A stretch of DNA of 55,293 nucleotides. Origin: a virus. Its lineage: Duplodnaviria; Caudoviricetes. The stretch's first letter is position 1. Each line of letters opens with the position of its first letter. Both the position numbers and the translations under genes were made by a program. This document shows positions 46,416 to 55,170 of this stretch, piece by piece. The DNA is taken from positions 1 through 55,293 of IMG/VR virus record IMGVR_UViG_3300012940_000003. The stretch is one strand, 5' to 3'. The notes under the pieces were generated by a model that was not told the DNA's origin, searched no databases, and saw only the letters and a list, made by a program, of their open reading frames with translations.

Positions 46416-46865
46416 ATGTCTGACCTTGCCGCCGGCACCCGCGTGCTGGCCGCCGACTGGCCCGACGCGGCGTACGCCGCGGACTCGACGGACTTCAACA
46501 ACATCACGAACACCACCTACGTGTCCGGGCCGCCGGAGCTGGGCGTGACCTTCGTAGCGCCGACCTCCGGCCGGGTGTTGCTGGGGGTGGGAGGCCAGTT
46601 CAGAGGGCCCGACCGGATCGTGCTCACCCCGCAGGTGTGGCTCGGCACCAGCGCGTCCGGAACCCTGTTCCTCCCGGCGAACCTGAATGAGCGCGCCGTC
46701 ATGTCGCCGTCGAGCGGGGCGTCCTCTGCCTACAGCCGCTTCACGCTGTTGGAGGGGTTGACCCCGTGGGCGACGTACTACGCGCGTGTCCTGCATAAAT
46801 GCCAGGCCGGGGCGGGCACGGCCGATCTCTTCGACCGCGAGATCACGGTGGTGCCGACCCCATGA
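46416..46865 (+). CDS. Minor tail/receptor-binding paralog 1
   Basis: VTFVAPTSGRVL..GG, GLTPWATYYAR, DREITVVP. Confidence 0.75.
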   Translation: MSDLAAGTRVLAADWPDAAYAADSTDFNNITNTTYVSGPPELGVTFVAPTSGRVLLGVGGQFRGPDRIVLTPQVWLGTSASGTLFLPANLNERAVMSPSSGASSAYSRFTLLEGLTPWATYYARVLHKCQAGAGTADLFDREITVVPTP

Positions 46866-47341
46866 CGATCAAGGCAGGCGCGAGGATCCGCGCCACCGAC
46901 CGGCCGGCCGCCGTGCAGGCGGAGGACCAGTCGAGCGTCGCGAACATCACCTCGACGTCCTTCATCACCGGCACCCCGGTGGTCGAGACGACGTTCACCG
47001 CGCCTCCGTCCGGTACGGTGCTCGTCTTCGTCGGCGGCGGTACCCGGGACAACTCCGGCGCCGGGAACAAGGTGAGCCTCGACTACGAGATCTACCAGGG
47101 CACCTCGGCAGCCGGGACCCTCAAGAAGAGCGCGAACGAGCAGCTGTCCGGCTACATCGGGCAGAGCGGCCTGATCGGCGGCACCGCCGGTACAGGCCTG
47201 GACTTCCACTACTTCTCCCGCGGAACGCTCGTCACCGGCCTGACCGCGGGCGCCACCCACTACGCGCGGCTCCTCTACAAGGTCAACGCGGGGAACACGT
47301 GCGACATCTCCGACCGCCAACTGATCATCATCCCGACGTGA
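46862..47341 (+). CDS. Minor tail/receptor-binding paralog 2
   Basis: TFTAPPSGTVL..GG, GLTAGATHYAR, DRQLIIIP. Confidence 0.75.
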   Translation: MTIKAGARIRATDRPAAVQAEDQSSVANITSTSFITGTPVVETTFTAPPSGTVLVFVGGGTRDNSGAGNKVSLDYEIYQGTSAAGTLKKSANEQLSGYIGQSGLIGGTAGTGLDFHYFSRGTLVTGLTAGATHYARLLYKVNAGNTCDISDRQLIIIPT

Positions 47342-47351
47342 GGGGGCAACG

Positions 47352-47801
47352 TTGACGCTGGTCAAAGGCATCGACACCCCACGCGCGGTCTGGCAGCAGT
47401 CCGTCCAAGACGTCCTGAACTTCGGCGACACCACCAACACCCCGGGGAGCCCAGAGGTCGGCGTGACCTTCCGGGCCCCGACGTCCGGCCGGGTACTGGT
47501 GATCGTCGGCGGCGGGCTGCGCGACAACGCCGGGCAGAACCGCGTGTTCTTGGGGCCGGAGGTGTACCAGGGCCCGGACACCCGAGGCACCAAGGTGGAG
47601 TCCGGGAGCTTCCACGAGTTCGTCACCTCGCCACCCGAACCCGAGGCGATGTTCGCCTCCCGCGCGACGCTGGTCACCGGACTCACCGCCGGGGAGACGT
47701 ACTACGCGCGGACGTACTACTACACGCTGAAGACGGGCGGCACGCCGAGCGCGACCAGCGACATCTTCGTCCGCGAGATCATCGTGGTGCCGGTGCCATG
47801 A
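47352..47801 (+). CDS. Minor tail/receptor-binding paralog 3
   Basis: VTFRAPTSGRVL..GG, GLTAGETYYAR, VREIIVVP; TTG start. Confidence 0.75.
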   Translation: MTLVKGIDTPRAVWQQSVQDVLNFGDTTNTPGSPEVGVTFRAPTSGRVLVIVGGGLRDNAGQNRVFLGPEVYQGPDTRGTKVESGSFHEFVTSPPEPEAMFASRATLVTGLTAGETYYARTYYYTLKTGGTPSATSDIFVREIIVVPVP

Positions 47802-48112
47802 GCAGCGACACCGAAGACCCGCAGGCGGTCGGCATCGCCCTGTCCGAGCTCAAACGCTCCGTCGACGTGGGGCTGGCCCAGATCAACGGCCAGCTCGGCA
47901 TCATCCTGCAGCGTCTCGACGCGTCCGACCGGCGCGACGACGAGCACACCCGCCGCCTGGAGGACCACGACGTACGGCTGCGCCAGGTCGAGCGGGATGC
48001 CGTCACGGAGGCGCAGCTGTCCGCCCGGTCCAAGCAGGTGATCGCCGTCGTGTCGCTGATCGTCGCGATCGCCGGCGTCGCCCTCGGCATCTTTACAGGA
48101 GTCAAGTCATGA
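47798..48112 (+). CDS. Lysis-cassette membrane protein (coiled coil plus C-terminal TM)
   Basis: Coupled to the endolysin. Confidence 0.7.
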   Translation: MSSDTEDPQAVGIALSELKRSVDVGLAQINGQLGIILQRLDASDRRDDEHTRRLEDHDVRLRQVERDAVTEAQLSARSKQVIAVVSLIVAIAGVALGIFTGVKS

Positions 48113-48981
48113 TCCACGGGATCGACGTCAGCAACTGGCAGGGCGCGTTCAACTGGGCAAGTCAGAAGATCGCGTTCGCTCTCGCCAAGGCCACCGAGGG
48201 CACCGCATACCGCGACCCGCAGTTCGCGCGGAACTGGCGGGAGATGAAGGCCCGCGGCCTGGTGCGGGGCGCGTACCACTTCGCCCACCCGGACAACTCC
48301 GTGGCGGGCGAGGCCGACCACTTCGTCTCCGTCGTGCGTGCGCAGGGCCTGCACGACGGTGACCTCCTGGCGCTCGACCTGGAGGTCGCCGACGGCCGTA
48401 CGCCGGGCCAGATCGCCGCGTTCGCGCGCGGCTGGTGCGAGCGGGTGCAGACGGCCACCGGGATCCGGCCGATCGTCTACACGTTCATCTCGTTCGCCCG
48501 CAACGGCAGCTGCTCGGGACTCGGCGGCTACCCGCTGTGGATCGCTGCCCCCTCGTACGCGGCCGGGAAGCCGCCGATGCCGCTCGGCCCCTGGAAGACG
48601 TGGGCGATCCACCAGCACACCGACAACCCGATCGACAAGAACGTCAGCCAGTTGAGCGCCGCGCAGCTGCGCGCGCTCGGACAAGGAGGAGACGACGTGG
48701 CAGCCAAGGACGTGTGGACCGAGAACATCCCGGCCGGGCCGGACTTCAAGAAGGTGTGGCCGGCCGGTACGCACCTGCGGTACCAGACGCAGCAGGGCGA
48801 CGCGCAGCTCAAGGAGCTGGCCGCCCTGCGCGCCACCCAGAACGAGCTGGTGAAGGCGCTCGGCAACCTGGCCGGGCTCGACGCCGACGGGCTGGTCGCG
48901 CGGATCGACGCGGCCGTGCGGAAGGCGCTGGAGGAGTCCACGGTCGACGTCGTCGTGCACGACGCCGACCCGACCACCTGA
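48109..48981 (+). CDS. Endolysin, glycoside hydrolase family 25
   Basis: GIDVSNWQG, KATEG, RGAYHF, LDLE, LWIA and HQHT motifs. Confidence 0.95.
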   Translation: MIHGIDVSNWQGAFNWASQKIAFALAKATEGTAYRDPQFARNWREMKARGLVRGAYHFAHPDNSVAGEADHFVSVVRAQGLHDGDLLALDLEVADGRTPGQIAAFARGWCERVQTATGIRPIVYTFISFARNGSCSGLGGYPLWIAAPSYAAGKPPMPLGPWKTWAIHQHTDNPIDKNVSQLSAAQLRALGQGGDDVAAKDVWTENIPAGPDFKKVWPAGTHLRYQTQQGDAQLKELAALRATQNELVKALGNLAGLDADGLVARIDAAVRKALEESTVDVVVHDADPTT

Positions 48982-49049
48982 CCAGGCAGAGCGCCGGACA
49001 ACATACCAGCGCATATACCACCCGCCGTGACCTGCGGAAAGAGGAGAGC

Positions 49050-49274
49050 ATGGCCCTGACCGACCGGCATCGCGCCGTCCAGGACGTGATGCGGCACTTC
49101 ACCTACGACCACCTCCGCCCCGATCTCCAGAAGGTGTCCCGCCCGGTGTGCGAGCTGGCGCACCACATGCTCGACGTCATCCCCACCGACGACCCGGAGC
49201 TGACGCGAGGGCTGCACAAGCTCCTGGAGGCCAAGGACGCGCTCGTCCGGGCCGCGATACCCGCGAAGGAGTGA
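49050..49274 (+). CDS. 74-aa helical-hairpin protein
   Basis: F.YDHL..DLQ.VS.P..ELA...ELTRGLHKLLEAKDALVRA; GAGGAG RBS. Confidence 0.8.
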   Translation: MALTDRHRAVQDVMRHFTYDHLRPDLQKVSRPVCELAHHMLDVIPTDDPELTRGLHKLLEAKDALVRAAIPAKE

Positions 49275-49519
49275 TCGTGCTTCCGTCGTTCGTCCGCACG
49301 CTCGTACCGATCATCGTCGGCGTCATCGTCGGCCAGGCCGCCCGCATAGGCCTCGACCTCGACGAGGGCCTCGTCACGGCGATCGTGACCGCGACCGCGG
49401 GCGCCGCGTATCACGCGGCCGTCCGCTGGATCGAGACGCGCTGGCCGAAGGCCGGCGTGCTGCTCGGGTACGCGCGCGCCCCGCAGTACAAGAAGCGGGA
49501 TGTCGATCTTGCCGCCTAG
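49271..49519 (+). CDS. Holin-like 2-TM protein
   Basis: SFVRTLVP...Y.A.VRW.E..WP..G.LLG....PQY. Confidence 0.75.
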   Translation: MIVLPSFVRTLVPIIVGVIVGQAARIGLDLDEGLVTAIVTATAGAAYHAAVRWIETRWPKAGVLLGYARAPQYKKRDVDLAA

Positions 49520-49570
49520 TACTCTCGGTGGTGGAACGCTGGCGTGCTGTAGCAGCCTCGGTCCCCCATC

Positions 49571-49603
49571 GGCGCCCCGCCTTCGCCCCGTGGGCGGGGC
49601 GCC
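49571..49603. terminator. GC hairpin at the end of the late operon
   Basis: GGCGCCCCGCC / GGCGGGGCGCC. Confidence 0.6.
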
Positions 49604-49670
49604 ACTGCTTCACACCGGCCGTCCGGCGCGGTCACGGCCGGTAGCATCAGGACCTGTTCGTGGTCCTGGA

Positions 49671-49720
49671 CGCCCCACCGCCTGCTTCGGGGGTTGCAGG
49701 TGGTGGGGCGCTTTGCTGTT
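49671..49720 (+). terminator. Intrinsic terminator between convergent units
   Basis: CGCCCCACCGCCTGC / GCAGGTGGTGGGGCG followed by CTTTGCTGTT. Confidence 0.7.
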
Positions 49721-50025
49721 CAGCGCGTGATCCGGCCGTACGGATCCACCGCCACCGTCTGGCGCTGCACCCCGCCCGTCGCCGCCACGATGATCCAGCC
49801 GATCACCCAGAAGCCGCACGTGAAGATCGACAGCAGCAGGTGCAGGATGTGGTTCACCGGCTGGCCTTTCGTCAGCGTCGCCGCGTACGGCGTCGCCTGC
49901 ATCTCCACCCGCCAGCCCTGGCGGAGCCGATCCGCGATCGCATCCTGGAGGATCGACACTCGCTGCTCATGCGTCCGCATCGGCAGCATGGGTTCCTGCC
50001 CTGGCTGTAAGGGCTGCATTGTCAT
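49720..50025 (-). CDS. Small membrane protein (moron-like)
   Basis: VNHILHLLLSIFTCGFW..GWII; own RBS. Confidence 0.8.
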   Translation of the reverse strand: MTMQPLQPGQEPMLPMRTHEQRVSILQDAIADRLRQGWRVEMQATPYAATLTKGQPVNHILHLLLSIFTCGFWVIGWIIVAATGGVQRQTVAVDPYGRITR

Positions 50026-50186
50026 ACGTGGTCCCCTTCTACCCTTTCCCGTGGCCGCATCGTGCCACGAGGATCATGGTCACGGAGAGGAATCAGCCCT
50101 GGCCACGAACGGCCACCCAGGTCGGTAAACCTCCTGGCCACCCGGCTCGCCTGCGTATCCGCCCACGTCCCGGGCATGATCACCCT

Positions 50187-50513
50187 GTGCCACGGCCGGG
50201 GGGACCAGGCGGCAGACGGGGGCGGAGCGTCGCGCAGCAGCTCGCCGACGCACGCCGGCGCCTGACCACCGCCACCCGCCAGGCCGAAGCCGCGGCCGGC
50301 GAGCTCGAACTCATCGACCGCCGGTTCGACGCCGCCAGCGAGCGCGCCGCCGAGCTGCTCGACCAGCTCGTCGCCGCCCAGGCGGAGGAGGACCGGATCC
50401 GCAGCGAGCGGTACCGGGTACGCCGCCGGCGGGACGAGGCGGCCGCGCGCGCCGACCGGATCCGTACGGAGATCGAGCGTCTGGAAGACCGGAAGCGGCG
50501 CGGCCTGCCGTAG
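50187..50513 (+). CDS. Coiled-coil protein
   Basis: Heptad-rich; CATGAT-6-GTG leaderless-like start. Confidence 0.6.
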   Translation: MPRPGGPGGRRGRSVAQQLADARRRLTTATRQAEAAAGELELIDRRFDAASERAAELLDQLVAAQAEEDRIRSERYRVRRRRDEAAARADRIRTEIERLEDRKRRGLP

Positions 50514-50616
50514 CCCGGCGGGGGTCTACACGAGGGTCTACAGGTAGAGCATGATCCCCTACATGTAGACCCCCCACTACCCACCGGCCACCCCTCCTGA
50601 CCTGCGGTGTAGCGGG

Positions 50617-52920
50617 CTAGACCCGGCGGCCGCCCCGCTCCGCCAGGGCATCGGTGACCTGGCTACGCGTGATCCCCTGCCGGTTGCGCCTACCGCCGTC
50701 CGGGTGCTGCATGTTCATCTGCGCCGTCTCGATCCCGTACGGCTTCACTGCGGTGGCGAACAGGGTCTGGTCCCAGCCGTCGTAGTCCTCCGGCCGCAGC
50801 TCCGCCAGCCTGGCGCAGATCGTCTCCGACCACAGCCGCGTCTCGCCCTGCTCGAACACCGCCAGGACGTCGTCCAGCAGCGACGCCACCGGCCGCTCGG
50901 CCATCGGCTCTTCCCCAGCCGCCACGCCCTGAAGGGTGCCGGCCAAGACGCGCAGCTCCCGGCCGCGTACACAGATCTTCGTGATGACCGGCCCGTCCGC
51001 CATGTGCGTCCGTACGACCTGCGCACCCTTCTCGGCCAGCTCACCGTCGTCCGCCCCGAGCAGGTACCCGACGCCCTTGTGGCTGCGCTGCAAGCGGCTC
51101 GCGTCGATCCCAGCCTTGCTGGTGCCGGTGCCGAGGATCGCCTCGGACGCCTGCCATGTCATCGTCTTCAAGCCGAACCTGCTGCCAATGGCGTCCCGCA
51201 GCTTCGACGGGATCGCCTTACTGTCCGGCTTCTGCGTGGCCAAAACCAGCATGATTCCCGCCGCCGGGCCGACTTTCACCAGGTCGGTGAGCAGGTCAGC
51301 GATCAGCTTCCCGTGCTGGTCATGTTCGAGGTACCGGTGGACCTCGTCGATCGCCACCAGCTCCAACGGCATGTTCCGCCGCCTGTCCCGGGCCAGCGCG
51401 GGAGTGAGCTTCCCCTCGGGGCACAGATCGTCGGGCAGCTCCTGGAAGGCCTCGTACCGGCGGTTCATCTCCTCCACCAGCTCCTGCAGCGTGTCCACCA
51501 GGTGCTCGACCACCGCGGCCCGGATGCCGGTGCCGTACCGGTGCGCTACTTCCCGGAAGGCTTTCCAGTCGCGGCCGCCTTTGCCGTCCCAGACATACAA
51601 CCTGACGTGGGGATCCAACGCCGCTGCGGCGACCGGGAGCCTGGCAGCGAACGTCTTCCCCATCCTCGGGATGCTGCCCACCAGCATCGACGACCAGACG
51701 AGGGAGAACGCGATCGGCCGGCGGCGGGCGTCCAGGCCGAACGGAATCGGCTTCCAGAAATCGACCTGCGGCATGTCGGCCAGCGGCGTGACCGGCGGCT
51801 TCTGCCCGTACGGATCCCTGTTCGCGACCCACATCTCCACGCGCCGCGCGCTCCCCGCGTCGCCCCGTACGCGTTCGAGGAAGACGCGCACCTCGTCGAC
51901 GTCGAGGCCGGCCGCGATGTCCTCGACCTTCTTCAGCGCGTCGGCCGCCTTCTTCCCGAACGGGAGATCCACCACAGCCGACCAGCCGTCCCCGTCGCGG
52001 TGCACCGGCCGGCCCGGCGCGAACGTGATCGGCTCCGCCTCGGTGCACAGCTTCGCCGCGATGTACGCCCTGACCACCATGTCCGGGGTGAGCCGCCAGC
52101 CGCGCGGCCCCTCGATCACCGCGGCGTCGAACAGCGGCCGGTCCGGGCGGCGCCCGCACCACGCCGCCGTGAGGATCGCGCAGATGACGAGCAGGTCGAA
52201 TGCGGTGGGGACGACGAAGTAGACGACGGTCAGGGTGAGCCCGCCGACGATGATGAAGGCGATGGTGGTGAAGCCGCGGATCTTCACGCGCTCGTTCCGC
52301 TGCCGGGACAGAGCGAGGTATGTGCCGGCGTCCCCGCCACCGACTGCGCCCTTGCGCAGGGGCATGCCCTCGGCGTCGAACACCCACCTCCAGATGATCC
52401 GGACGCCGCGCCATGCGCCGCGCGGCGCGCACAGGGCGAGCCGCACCGCGTACTTCGGCGCGCGCACAAGGTGGAACGCCGCGGTGTACCCGGCCCTATC
52501 CAGGGCCCACCGCACGGCGGCACGCCACTGCGCCGGGTCCCGCATCCACGGCGGGATCACGGGTACGCGGGACTCCCGGCGCTGCCACGGCAGCACGTCC
52601 GGCTGGTCGACGACGACGCCCTCGACGACGCCGTCCGAGTCCGGCTCGGGTACGTCGGGTACGGCGGCCGGGTGCTGTACCTCGGGTGTACCCGGCTCGG
52701 TGTCGACGGCCAGCGCGGGGGCGCCTGGACGCAGCTCGATCACGTCCGCTTCGCGCTGTTCGCCGGCACAGCGCGGGTCGGAGCACGCCTGCCATACCTC
52801 AGTGTCGGAGTGCGGGAGGTACACCCCAGGGTGCACGGCGTCCTCGTCGTGTTCGAGCTCGGCGATGCGCCGATAGTCCGGTCGGTGCGGGGGTTCCCAC
52901 ATCTCCGGGACAGAGGTCAT
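50617..52920 (-). CDS. traB: FtsK/SpoIIIE-family translocase, TraB-like
   Basis: Two TM segments; GSIPRMGKT Walker A, WDGKG, EMNRRY, VAIDEV Walker B, LATQKP; C-terminal wHTH-like region. Confidence 0.88.
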   Translation of the reverse strand: MTSVPEMWEPPHRPDYRRIAELEHDEDAVHPGVYLPHSDTEVWQACSDPRCAGEQREADVIELRPGAPALAVDTEPGTPEVQHPAAVPDVPEPDSDGVVEGVVVDQPDVLPWQRRESRVPVIPPWMRDPAQWRAAVRWALDRAGYTAAFHLVRAPKYAVRLALCAPRGAWRGVRIIWRWVFDAEGMPLRKGAVGGGDAGTYLALSRQRNERVKIRGFTTIAFIIVGGLTLTVVYFVVPTAFDLLVICAILTAAWCGRRPDRPLFDAAVIEGPRGWRLTPDMVVRAYIAAKLCTEAEPITFAPGRPVHRDGDGWSAVVDLPFGKKAADALKKVEDIAAGLDVDEVRVFLERVRGDAGSARRVEMWVANRDPYGQKPPVTPLADMPQVDFWKPIPFGLDARRRPIAFSLVWSSMLVGSIPRMGKTFAARLPVAAAALDPHVRLYVWDGKGGRDWKAFREVAHRYGTGIRAAVVEHLVDTLQELVEEMNRRYEAFQELPDDLCPEGKLTPALARDRRRNMPLELVAIDEVHRYLEHDQHGKLIADLLTDLVKVGPAAGIMLVLATQKPDSKAIPSKLRDAIGSRFGLKTMTWQASEAILGTGTSKAGIDASRLQRSHKGVGYLLGADDGELAEKGAQVVRTHMADGPVITKICVRGRELRVLAGTLQGVAAGEEPMAERPVASLLDDVLAVFEQGETRLWSETICARLAELRPEDYDGWDQTLFATAVKPYGIETAQMNMQHPDGGRRNRQGITRSQVTDALAERGGRRV

Positions 52921-53005
52921 GATGGGCCTTCCCGTTCGCGGGAGACCCGGGCCTGCGGCACTGCTGTGGAAGGTGGACCCGCAGGCCCGGGGGCTTGATC
53001 ACTTC

Positions 53006-53116
53006 TTACTTCGTGGGGTGGTGGTCCGGCGACGCCGGGCACCCCGGGTTCGTGCACATAGATCCGGTCATCGGCGTGCCGCAGCTCACGCACGCCTGCC
53101 GGGGTGTATCCGTCAC
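53006..53116 (-). CDS. 36-aa Zn-ribbon miniprotein
   Basis: GGAGG RBS; CVSCG...CTNPGC. Confidence 0.5.
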   Translation of the reverse strand: MTDTPRQACVSCGTPMTGSMCTNPGCPASPDHHPTK

Positions 53117-53138
53117 GGTGACCTCCTCCGGGTACGGG

Positions 53139-53732
53139 TCAGGTACGTACCTGGGTCTCCAGGTACGCCTTGATCTGCTGCGCGCGCGGCTGACCGACGG
53201 AGAGCCGCTTGCGGATCGGCCGGACCCCCGGCACCTTGCCGCGTTCCAGCTCGGCGGCGAACTCCTGAACGGCCAGTACCTGGAGTTCGGCCAGCTTCGG
53301 GAGTACGTACTCGCCGTCGGGTACCCCCTCGTCCTCGGCGGCCAGCCGGCCCGTACGGACCACCCACATCAGCAGCTCGTACGAGCCCACCAGCGCGACG
53401 GCCGGCCACGCCGCGACCACCGCGCCGACCGGTCCGGAACCGGCGCCATGCATCACGTTGGCCGCCAGCGTGGCAACGATGCCGAGGCCCAGCAGGACGC
53501 GCGCGAGCCGCGGCACGGGCACCCGGGCGCGGGCTGCGGTGAGCATGACCATCGACGCGGCGTAGATCAGCCCGTCCACGGTGAGCGGCAGGAGGTAGGC
53601 GGTGGGGCCGTCCTCGCCGTGGGAGCGGATGACGCCGAGCGCGTGGCGGTAGCTCACGATGGCGGCGACGACGGCGACGCCGACCACCACCGCGGTGGTC
53701 GACCAGCGGACGGCCCGCTCGGTGCCGGTCAT
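53139..53732 (-). CDS. DUF2637 (SpdA-like) 4-TM protein with a C-terminal HTH
   Basis: VSYRH, LPLTVDGLI..AS, ATLAANV, AAWP.VAL.GSYELL and PGVRPIR..L.VGQPRAQ motifs. Confidence 0.88.
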   Translation of the reverse strand: MTGTERAVRWSTTAVVVGVAVVAAIVSYRHALGVIRSHGEDGPTAYLLPLTVDGLIYAASMVMLTAARARVPVPRLARVLLGLGIVATLAANVMHGAGSGPVGAVVAAWPAVALVGSYELLMWVVRTGRLAAEDEGVPDGEYVLPKLAELQVLAVQEFAAELERGKVPGVRPIRKRLSVGQPRAQQIKAYLETQVRT

Positions 53733-53902
53733 CGGCGCACCGGCCGGTCGATGTGCCGCACCCGCCAGACCGTCACCGCGGCCAGGGCGACGGGGGCGAG
53801 GACGCGCAGCCACAGAGGCGGGTACCAGGAGATGACGGCGAGCACGATGCGGGTGCCGCCGGAGATGAGCGCGGCGAGCAGCTCGGCGAGCAGCTGCATC
53901 AT
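53729..53902 (-). CDS. Small membrane protein
   Basis: Hydrophobic; ATGA-coupled to DUF2637. Confidence 0.6.
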   Translation of the reverse strand: MMQLLAELLAALISGGTRIVLAVISWYPPLWLRVLAPVALAAVTVWRVRHIDRPVRR

Positions 53903-54171
53903 GCTGGCGCCCCCGTCCGGCTGGCCGTCTTCGGCCACGCCTCAGATGGGGGCAGGCTGGGAGGATTCGTCACGGCCGACTCCTTGATCAGGAAGGGGAT
54001 CGGCCAGCCCCGGCGGGTGTTGGCGCACCCGCCGGGGCCGGACCTGTTCTGTTGTCGTCGGGGGTCCCGGGTCGGGCCCTGCCGCACCGCCCACATCCAC
54101 GAAGCCGGTGCGGCAGGGGGTCAGGCCCGCCGCGCCGCCGAGACCCCCAGTCAGGACGGCGCGGCGGGGGT

Positions 54172-54276
54172 CTACAGGAGCGCGGCCAGCACGAGCAGCA
54201 GCACGACCACGCCGAGCAGCGTGAGGCAGCCGCAGCAGCCCGGCGCGCACGAGCATGGACAGCAGCGACGGCTCAT
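54172..54276 (-). CDS. 34-aa Cys-rich membrane peptide
   Basis: MSRRCCPCSCAPGCCGCLTLLGVVVLLLVLAALL; ATGA-coupled. Confidence 0.6.
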   Translation of the reverse strand: MSRRCCPCSCAPGCCGCLTLLGVVVLLLVLAALL

Positions 54277-54782
54277 GGCATCGGCACCTTCTGCGTCGAC
54301 GGCGCCCTCGGCGTCGACGTGGCCGGTGGTGGCGTGCTGGTGTGCGCCCGGGTCGGCCGCGGCGACGCGGCGTGCGTACGGGACGGCGCCGGGCTCGGCT
54401 GCCGCGTGGCCGCGGTCGCGCGCGGCCGTGTCGCGGCCGGCGTCGGCGCGGCGTGGGACGGCGTCACCGAGGCCCCTGTGCTCGGTGCAGCCGTCCCCAC
54501 CGGGTCCGTGGCCACCGGCGCCACCGGCCCGCTGGTCGACGGCCCGGCGGTCGGATGACGGCCGACCACCGGCGGGCCGGCCACCGGGGCGGGCGGGTGG
54601 AACAGGCCCCCGCCGACGAACGCGAACGCGCCGAGCGCGAGGATCGCGGCGAGCAGCCGCGGCCGGCCAGTGATCTCGGCGATGATCCAGTTCCGCGGCC
54701 GCCGGTGCCGGTGCCGTACGGGCGAGTCCTCCGGCTCCCACCGCTCCCGCAGGTCGGGACGGGGCATGATCTCAGTCGGCAT
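54273..54782 (-). CDS. Single-TM protein with Pro/Thr/Ala-rich external tail
   Basis: TM segment LLAAILALGAFAFVGGGLF. Confidence 0.7.
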   Translation of the reverse strand: MPTEIMPRPDLRERWEPEDSPVRHRHRRPRNWIIAEITGRPRLLAAILALGAFAFVGGGLFHPPAPVAGPPVVGRHPTAGPSTSGPVAPVATDPVGTAAPSTGASVTPSHAAPTPAATRPRATAATRQPSPAPSRTHAASPRPTRAHTSTPPPATSTPRAPSTQKVPMP

Positions 54783-54960
54783 CGCGAGCCGCCTTACGCT
54801 CGGCCCGGTACGCCTCAAGGTCGTCCAGTGCACGCGAGACCAGCTCGGGGTCGGCGACGCGGAGCCAGCCGATCAGCTGGGTTCGGTCGTCGTCGTCCAG
54901 GTTGAGCGCGTGCTGCCGCTCACGCACCTCGTCTACGGTGACTCTGCGCTGCGCCCTCAC
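54772..54960 (-). CDS. Hypothetical protein
   Basis: Coupled ORF. Confidence 0.6.
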   Translation of the reverse strand: MRAQRRVTVDEVRERQHALNLDDDDRTQLIGWLRVADPELVSRALDDLEAYRAERKAARDAD

Positions 54961-55154
54961 CGCTCGGCCCTCGCTGGGGTGCAGTCGTGTGGCGTGATGA
55001 TGTCGTCGTACGCATCCAGCGGCTCACCGCAGCCATCGCACCGCGGCGTGCCCGGTAGCGGCCGGCCGCTGAGGATCACGGCGGTGATCTCCCGCCAGGC
55101 GGCGAGCGCGACGATGAGCGCCAGTGCGCCGAAGATGGACAGGAACACCGTCAT
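54957..55154 (-). CDS. Small TM protein with a CxxC..HxC motif
   Basis: MTVFLSIFGALALIVALAAW...CDGC...HDC. Confidence 0.65.
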   Translation of the reverse strand: MTVFLSIFGALALIVALAAWREITAVILSGRPLPGTPRCDGCGEPLDAYDDIITPHDCTPARAER

Positions 55155-55170
55155 CACGCACCTCCGCCCG

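Noticed and set aside
46416-47801. DGR or invertible shufflon for tail genes
   Set aside because: No reverse transcriptase or invertase, all genes co-oriented, and paralogs are diverged rather than adenine-variant copies
50617-52920. Type VII secretion EccC or packaging ATPase
   Set aside because: Single ATPase domain, no WXG100 genes, and a terminase is already present
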